The notes under the pieces: model-generated
What the model was told of the DNA's origin: nothing
Seen by the model: the letters and a program-made list of their open reading frames with translations, nothing else
Database searches by the model: none
In this document: piece by piece, positions 56,688 to 64,000 of the stretch
How the letters are laid out: each line of letters opens with the position of its first letter
Numbering within the stretch: position 1 is the stretch's first letter
Source: Octopus vulgaris
Lineage: Eukaryota
DNA length: 64,000 bases
Direction: 5' to 3'
Assembly (NCBI GenBank): GCA_951406725.2
Contig: OX597829.1
Location: 10,044,001-10,108,000 of the forward strand
Position numbers and translations under genes: made by a program

Positions 56688-57283
56688 AGTTTCTTTATTG
56701 GCCACACAGGGCTGCACACAGATGGGACAAGTTACAAGGTAGAGCTTTTCTTTTGGGGGATGAAGAGAACAAAGAACAAAAGAAAAAAAAGGGGGGTGGC
56801 GTAGGTTTTCAATCAAGAGGGATCGTAAAAGGGAAGAAAAGAACAAAAACAAAAAAAACAAAAAAAAATTGAATAAAATAAAAAGAATAAAAAGAAAAAA
56901 AAAGAAAAGGAAAAGGAACAAAAGGAAAGAGAAATGAAAAAAGAAGAAAAAAGGGGAAAAAAAGGGGAAGAGGAAAAAAAAGAACGATCAATAGGGATCA
57001 TGTATCACAGTGTTATGATATATGGTGTAAAGGGGAAAGCAAGTAAGGTTTATCCGTGGGAAGAAAAGCCTACGAAAAAGACCACGGTAACCTTGGTCAA
57101 TATCGTTATATGTTACCACATTTTTTTGCAAGTGCGTAACCCTCTGTTTTCAATTTCTGGGTTCATAGGATTATGCTCAAGGTGGCTTCGTCATTCATAC
57201 ATACCATCCTTGCTACATTCACCCATCTTTTTTTAAAACATTCGCTAGACAAAACTTGCCTCTCTACTCTCACTTTCCTTTTC

Positions 57284-57285
<2 letters not shown>
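56688..57285 (-). mobile_element. 5'-truncated Tx1 copy (3' ~600 bp) in (GATA)n
   Basis: ORF2 last ~35 codons + 3' UTR + AATAAAGAAAC; near-duplicate of 57480-58045. Confidence 0.88.
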
Positions 57286-57358
<73 letters not shown>

Positions 57359-57363
57359 GTAGG

Positions 57364-57435
<72 letters not shown>

Positions 57436-57479
57436 GATGGGTAAATAGATAGGTAGGTAGATAGATAGATAGATAGATT

Positions 57480-58589
<1,110 letters not shown>

Positions 58590-58869
58590 CTTTTTATTGT
58601 GACCACACAGGGCTAAACACAGAAAAATCGACAAAATACAATGTAGAGTGTTTCTTTTCGAGGTGGGATGGCTGGGACACACAAAGAAAAACGTTCGATC
58701 AATAGGGATCTGTGGGTTATGTGGTGTATAAAAAGCAATATATGTAAAGTTCCCCCCCAAAAGAGGGCGAGGGGATCGCTATTATTCACAGTTTAGTTGT
58801 AGCCTTGAAGAGAAAAACCTACAAAAAAGACCAAGGTCACCTCAGACAGTTCGAAAATGAACACATGAG

Positions 58870-61800
58870 TAAAGGAAGGTGGTGGAACAATATTCACGAT
58901 AGACTCGGCCGATAAGCGGGCCCGTCCTACACGCGACAACAGCTGTTCGACGAAGGTCCACAGCTCTGAAATATCTGGACACTGCACGAGTGCGTGCAGA
59001 ACGGTTTCGTCGTTCTGACCGCATCTCGAGCAGGTCTGCCCGGTGATGGTTTTCGAAACGTGCCTGTAGCTCTTCTCTCGAACAGGTAATGCGTCTCGAT
59101 AGCATTGCCAAGCCAGGGAAATCTGGAAGTTATCCATAGGCCCCGGCCCGAACGTCGTCCTGAAAAGGTGGGTTAGAAATTTCTCATCGACGCCCAGGTT
59201 TGCCCCGAGTGTGTCGTCGGACCTCCCCTCCACTAGTCCTCTATAGAACGCTTTAGTCATTTGTAAGTTGCACAAGTTTGATCCCGGGCGACAGAGCTGC
59301 TGTAGAGCTTGGCGACACTCTCGGTGCCAATCGCCCAGTTTCGGTCTCTTTTTGATCCACGTTTGCAGTTCGTTCAGTGAAACGAGGCCCGGGAAGGCGC
59401 GCCTCATAAACGGCGCCCACACCTGTTCACCGTCATCGATGAAGTTCCAGAGATGTCGCAGTCTCAGCGCATGCCTGCGCATCATTAACCACGGCATGCC
59501 CAGTCCTTCATTTAACGGATGTTGACAGCAAATGGCCCGCCTCACCATCGGAACGCCACCTTCCACAGAAATCGGAAGAGTATGCGTTCCAGTTTGGTGA
59601 TGGTAGCATCGGGACAAGGCACGACGGTCAGGCGGTAATCGATGACGGATGCGATGTACGCGCTCGCCACCTCCGCCCCGGCCTTTTAGAGACAGCTTTC
59701 TCTCGGCCCATGTTTGGCTGAGAGCGACCACTCTACTCATGATCTTGTCCCAGTTCTTATCCATTTTGAGGTCCGGACTGAACCCAACCCCGAGCAATTT
59801 AACCGGTTCGTCGGTCCAGTGTCCCACTACTGAGTCGCAGTTGGACGGTATGGGCTTGCTTCTCCAGGTGCCGAGTAGCAAACCCACTGACTTTTCCGGG
59901 TTAATTTTCGCTCCCGTCACTGTTTCGTATTCTTTTAGTGTTTCGCCTATCATCTGGATGTGCTTTTCGCTCAACACTATGACGGTGACATTGTCCGCAT
60001 ATGCCGACACGCTCGTTCCGTAACCCAATTCCCGCGGGATGCCCCTCAGTGTCGCCAGCTTCCGCAGTTGCGGCTCGAGAGTCAATACATACAGAAGCGC
60101 CGACAGGGGACACCCCTGACGGACCGAACGCGTGATGTCAAACGGTTTCGACAGGTCACCGTTCACCCGAATTACCGATCGGATGCTGCTATACAAGGCA
60201 GCGATGCAACCGCGGAAGACGGAACCGAAGCAAGCCGCTTTAAGGACAGCCTCCAAGTAGTGATGGTCGACCTTATCGAAGGCTTTAGACTGATCCAAAT
60301 TGATCAGCGCCCCACCCATGCAAGGATTCTTGACTACCCTGTCCACGATGTAGTGCATTAGATGGAGTTTGTCATGTATGGTTCTGCCCGGCACGGCGCA
60401 TGTTTGCGCCCTATCGACCAGTTTACCAAGGACAAGCGCCAACCTTTCGGCTATTACTTTGGCCAAAATTTTCAAATCTGCGTTGGGGGCCTGAGTGATG
60501 GGCCTGAAATTATCTATAAAATTCTCCTTGTTTGGGTCTTTCTTCAGCAACGTCACTGCACCTCGGCTCATGAAACCAGGGATTCTCCCGTTTTGCTGCC
60601 AGTTGCAGTAGATTGATGCCAAGAGGTCGCCAAACAAGTGTGGCATTTGACAATACAGCTCGTAGGGTAGACCATCCAATCCAGGCGACTTATCCCTCGC
60701 GCAGCCCGCCATCGCATCCCGGACGTCGGTGGCTGTGATGGGACTTTCACAACACTCCGCTTCTCTTGCCGAGAGCCGCGGCAGGTTGGTCAGGTAGGCA
60801 CTGAAATCCATCCCGCGTTCCGACCCACCACTCGCACCAAACAGTCGAGCAAAGTGTTGTAGAAAGGCCTCACACATCCTTCGGGTTCGAGTAAACTGCA
60901 TCCCTGTTGATCTATTCGAGACTGTTGCCACGTTGCGTCTCCGCTACCCGGGCATCTCGCGCAGCTTCGATCCCTTCGTTCCTTAAGGCACGCATTTTAG
61001 CTCTGACGACGCAACCTTCGTGTTTGGTGTTGAGGTGTTGGATGAGGGCCATCCTCGCAGCCAGCACGTTGGTTGCGCTGCCAGTGGTAAGTGCCTCTTC
61101 TAGTTTCTTAACCAAGTCTCCCTCTACTCTATTTCGATCTAACGCTAATTCCTTGCTAAACCTAATTGATTCCGATTTTATTGCCATTTTCAGAGCGAAC
61201 CACCAGCGGTTGTTAACGATGGCTCCCGCCAACGCCCTCTTAATTAACTCGCTAATCCGCTAAGAGCGACGTGTTCAGTTTCCAGTAACCGGGACCCTGT
61301 CTATGTGTCTTATCTATGTCGAGCGTACACGTCACAAATTTGTGATCTGTGTAGCTGACTATTTTAAATTGTGGACATCCTACACTATCCCTATCCGCTG
61401 TCCTGCATAGAATTCTATCTAGATAAGATCTCGACGATCCTACGCGGTTTGTCCAAGTCCACGTTGGCACGTTCGGATGGTCTTTCAGGCACTTACACCA
61501 CCTTCTATTCCTATCCATTCCCACATAATCTAGATGCGTGTCCAAGGTAGCGTTCCAATCCCCTACTAATAGTAAAGGTCTAGACGTACCCAGGAAAACC
61601 TCTAGACGTCAGAAGAAATCTGCCCGACCCGTTAAGGACGGTGCATAAACTGCCACAGACGGAATGCACACCCATTTCTGCCAACCATGTCTAAGACAAC
61701 CAGCCTACCCTCCGGGTCTAGGAATATTGTTCTTACTTTTACATTTAGACTCTTTCGAAAAAGCACCGCGGTACCTCCACCACCCATGTTCGGCAGACAG

Positions 61801-61971
61801 GGAGAAAAATAAATGTCGAATTGACCGCCAAACATGGATGCGAGGGCCCGCGGCTTGCTAAGTCTTTTTTCACTATATATCCACGTTCAGTGACTTGATG
61901 TCGTTTAGAAGGTAACCTTGCTTCCAAGCCGACGCCAAGCCACGCTCATTCACACAACCTAATTTAATCAT
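58870..61971 (-). pseudogene. element 2 ORF2 (APE-RT), frameshifted, YADD>YADN, C-terminal deletion
   Basis: MIKLGCVNERGL, YLDRILC, SYTDHK, 712-aa ORF with QGCPLS and AYADNVT; jumps from IVPPPSF to the 3' UTR. Confidence 0.9.
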
Positions 61972-62038
61972 AATTGATCTTTAAGAAATTTGTGTTTCAC
62001 ACACTACATTGAAAGAGACAAGAGGGAAGGTCACTTAC

Positions 62039-63940
62039 TCATTTCGAAAGTTTGAGTTTATTCTTCTTCTTTTGAAATGTCTTTGAGGAGGTGTTTGTAA
62101 AGTTTTTTAGACAAGTACTTTTGAAACCCCCGACCGCATTTGGAAAGATGGTTTTCAGTGTGTGGTGCTGTGTTTGTGTTATGTGTACAATTCTTATGTG
62201 TTTCGGTGGTGTACTGCGTGGTTGATTATTTACTTTAAAGTCATCTTCACAGATGTTTGTGTTAGATGCAATGTATTCCATTAGTTTTTTATTGTCCGTG
62301 TCTATTGCTGTTAGATGTGTGTGTGGTTTTGCGGGGTCATTGATGGTTTGATTGTCTAAGGGGGAGCTGTCAGGAGTTAAATATCTCCCTGCTTTACTTG
62401 CTTGTTTAGTGGGTTTTTTTATCTTTTCCTTTTACCCCCTGCGGCTATTTGCTATTCCGTCGAACTTTCGTCGTTGGACGAAGAGTCTGACGAATCAGAA
62501 GGGGGTAAAGGCAAAGCATTAGCATCTATATGTATGTTTGTAGAAAGTGTTGTTGTTTTGTGCGGTGTTTGTGTTGTTGTGGTGTTAGGGGTAGAATTTA
62601 TCTACTCATCACTCTTATCTGTTTTCTTAGTTGTCGTTCTTGGTGCTGGTGTTGGTCTATCTTTTGATGTTGGTTGTGGTTTTGCTTCTTTATTTGGTTG
62701 CGACGTCAACGGTAATTATGTTGGTGCTGTTTCCCTTCTTGGTGATGCTGTTGGGGCTTGTTTGCTAGTTTGTTGTTGTTCCATATTTCTATATAATTCC
62801 TGTATCAGTTGTGGGTTTGGTGGTATTGGTAGCAGAGGTTGTTTTTTATTTGTTTTCTGATTTGTTTTTTCTTGTTTTTTCTGTCCCAGAACGCACTTTG
62901 CAATTAAGTGGTCTGGGCTGCCACGGCTGTAGTATCTTGGCTTTTTACCTTCTGCTACCACATACAGGCTTTGGCCATTTTCCAAATATATAATATTAGG
63001 TAAGTTCTCGATAGAAGACCCATCGTTTTGAAGGGTCACTTCTATCGATTTACCACTCCAATTATCATTTTTAAACACGGCGATTTCTAATATGTTTATC
63101 GATTTTAAATGATAACATATCGCCGATGTTATCCATTTGGGTGTGATTTTGGGCGGGACATTTTTTATTGTTATCTTACTCACTCTTTGTCCCATGTAAT
63201 ATGGGACCATGATGAGTTCTTCATTTTGTAATGTCTCCGTAGAGTGAGCTTTTGCCTCTTCCTGATTATGGAAGCGGACCACCACTGTATTAAACTAGGG
63301 ACCCCAGTTTATGCATTGTTTTATATTCATAATATACTTGGCTCATTTTTCAATGTCTGCTTTTGTTACCTGTTCTGTTTTGTTTTTTTGGGGATTTTTT
63401 TATAATGCTATATAAAATTGTTCTCTTCCCCATATCTTCTTTCACATGCTGTGGTGTGTGTAGAATTAAATTTTGTCCTGAAGTTGTGAAGAGTAATCTT
63501 GTCTCCACCAACTCTTCATTTATGAAATGTACAATTACTCTTTTTTGACGCAGGGTGTCAGCGAAATTCACAGTTCTCTTCTGGCAGTTGTTGTCGTTGT
63601 GTGTTTTTGTTGTTGTTGTATCAGAATTATTGTTGGTTGTTGTAGTGTTTGTAGCTTTTTCAGGGACTGGTACTTTTTTCATGTTAATAATATCTTCACC
63701 AATATGTGAGATAATTAAATCTTGTGAAACATCATGGGCATTTATATTTACTTCATTCTTGTTGTTGTTATTGTTAACGGTTGTTGTGTCAGTGATAGTT
63801 TTGGTTTTGGTGGTGGTGGTGTTGATTACAGTCTTATCATTCTTTGTAGCAGCGTCTTTGTTGACTGTCTTTTCCAAAGCAGGAAAATTCTCCTTAGAAA
63901 AAATCGCAGAATACTGTTCTATGATAAAATTTCTGGACAT
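62039..63940 (-). pseudogene. element 2 ORF1, frameshifted
   Basis: MSRNFIIEQYSAIF, VSKITIKNVPP, degenerate knuckle YYSRGSPDHLIAKC, MEYIASNTN. Confidence 0.75.
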
Positions 63941-64000
63941 TTTTTTTATCGAGAAATAAAAAATCAATTGAGGAAAATGCCCCTAGGGCGAATTCTACAT

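Larger units (their letters stand above)
58589..64000 (-). mobile_element. Tx1/L1-clade LINE (element 2), 5' UTR runs off the window
   Basis: ORF1 from 63940, ORF2 from 61971, 3' end AATAAAAAG joined to (TATC)n. Confidence 0.92.

Noticed and set aside
58793-60931. Active reverse transcriptase gene (712-aa ORF)
   Set aside because: YADD is mutated to YADN, there is an internal out-of-frame segment, and it is disconnected from the APE domain: a dead copy.

Overview
Eukaryotic, AT-rich, microsatellite-saturated DNA. The SINE families, compound (TA)n/(CA)n/(GATA)n runs and transposon complement look like an Octopus (coleoid cephalopod) intergenic or intronic region; this is an inference from repeat content. 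I can support no intact host gene, and most ORF-track entries are microsatellite translations. The window is a retroelement graveyard: many tRNA-derived SINEs, decayed mariner/Tc1 elements, an R4/Dong-type RLE LINE ending in (TAA)n, two Penelope-like GIY-YIG remnants, a Gypsy RNase H trace, a processed MLH3 pseudogene fragment, a 2.5 kb 17-bp minisatellite with higher-order structure, and a cluster of four same-orientation Tx1/L1-clade LINE insertions in one (GATA)n tract. The most interesting signals are small-RNA ones. (1) A ~357-bp circularly permuted monomer carrying a type I minimal hammerhead ribozyme (retrozyme-like), inserted as an inverted >1-mer/>1-mer pair with a 13-bp flanking direct repeat (12.67-13.57 kb). 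(2) A Penelope pseudo-LTR-like repeat whose hammerhead has a swapped G3:C8 core pair (47.1 and 49.45 kb). (3) An apparent (TATC)n-targeting Tx1 family whose 3' tail is shared with a SINE. All coordinates were read by eye and may be off by a few bases.
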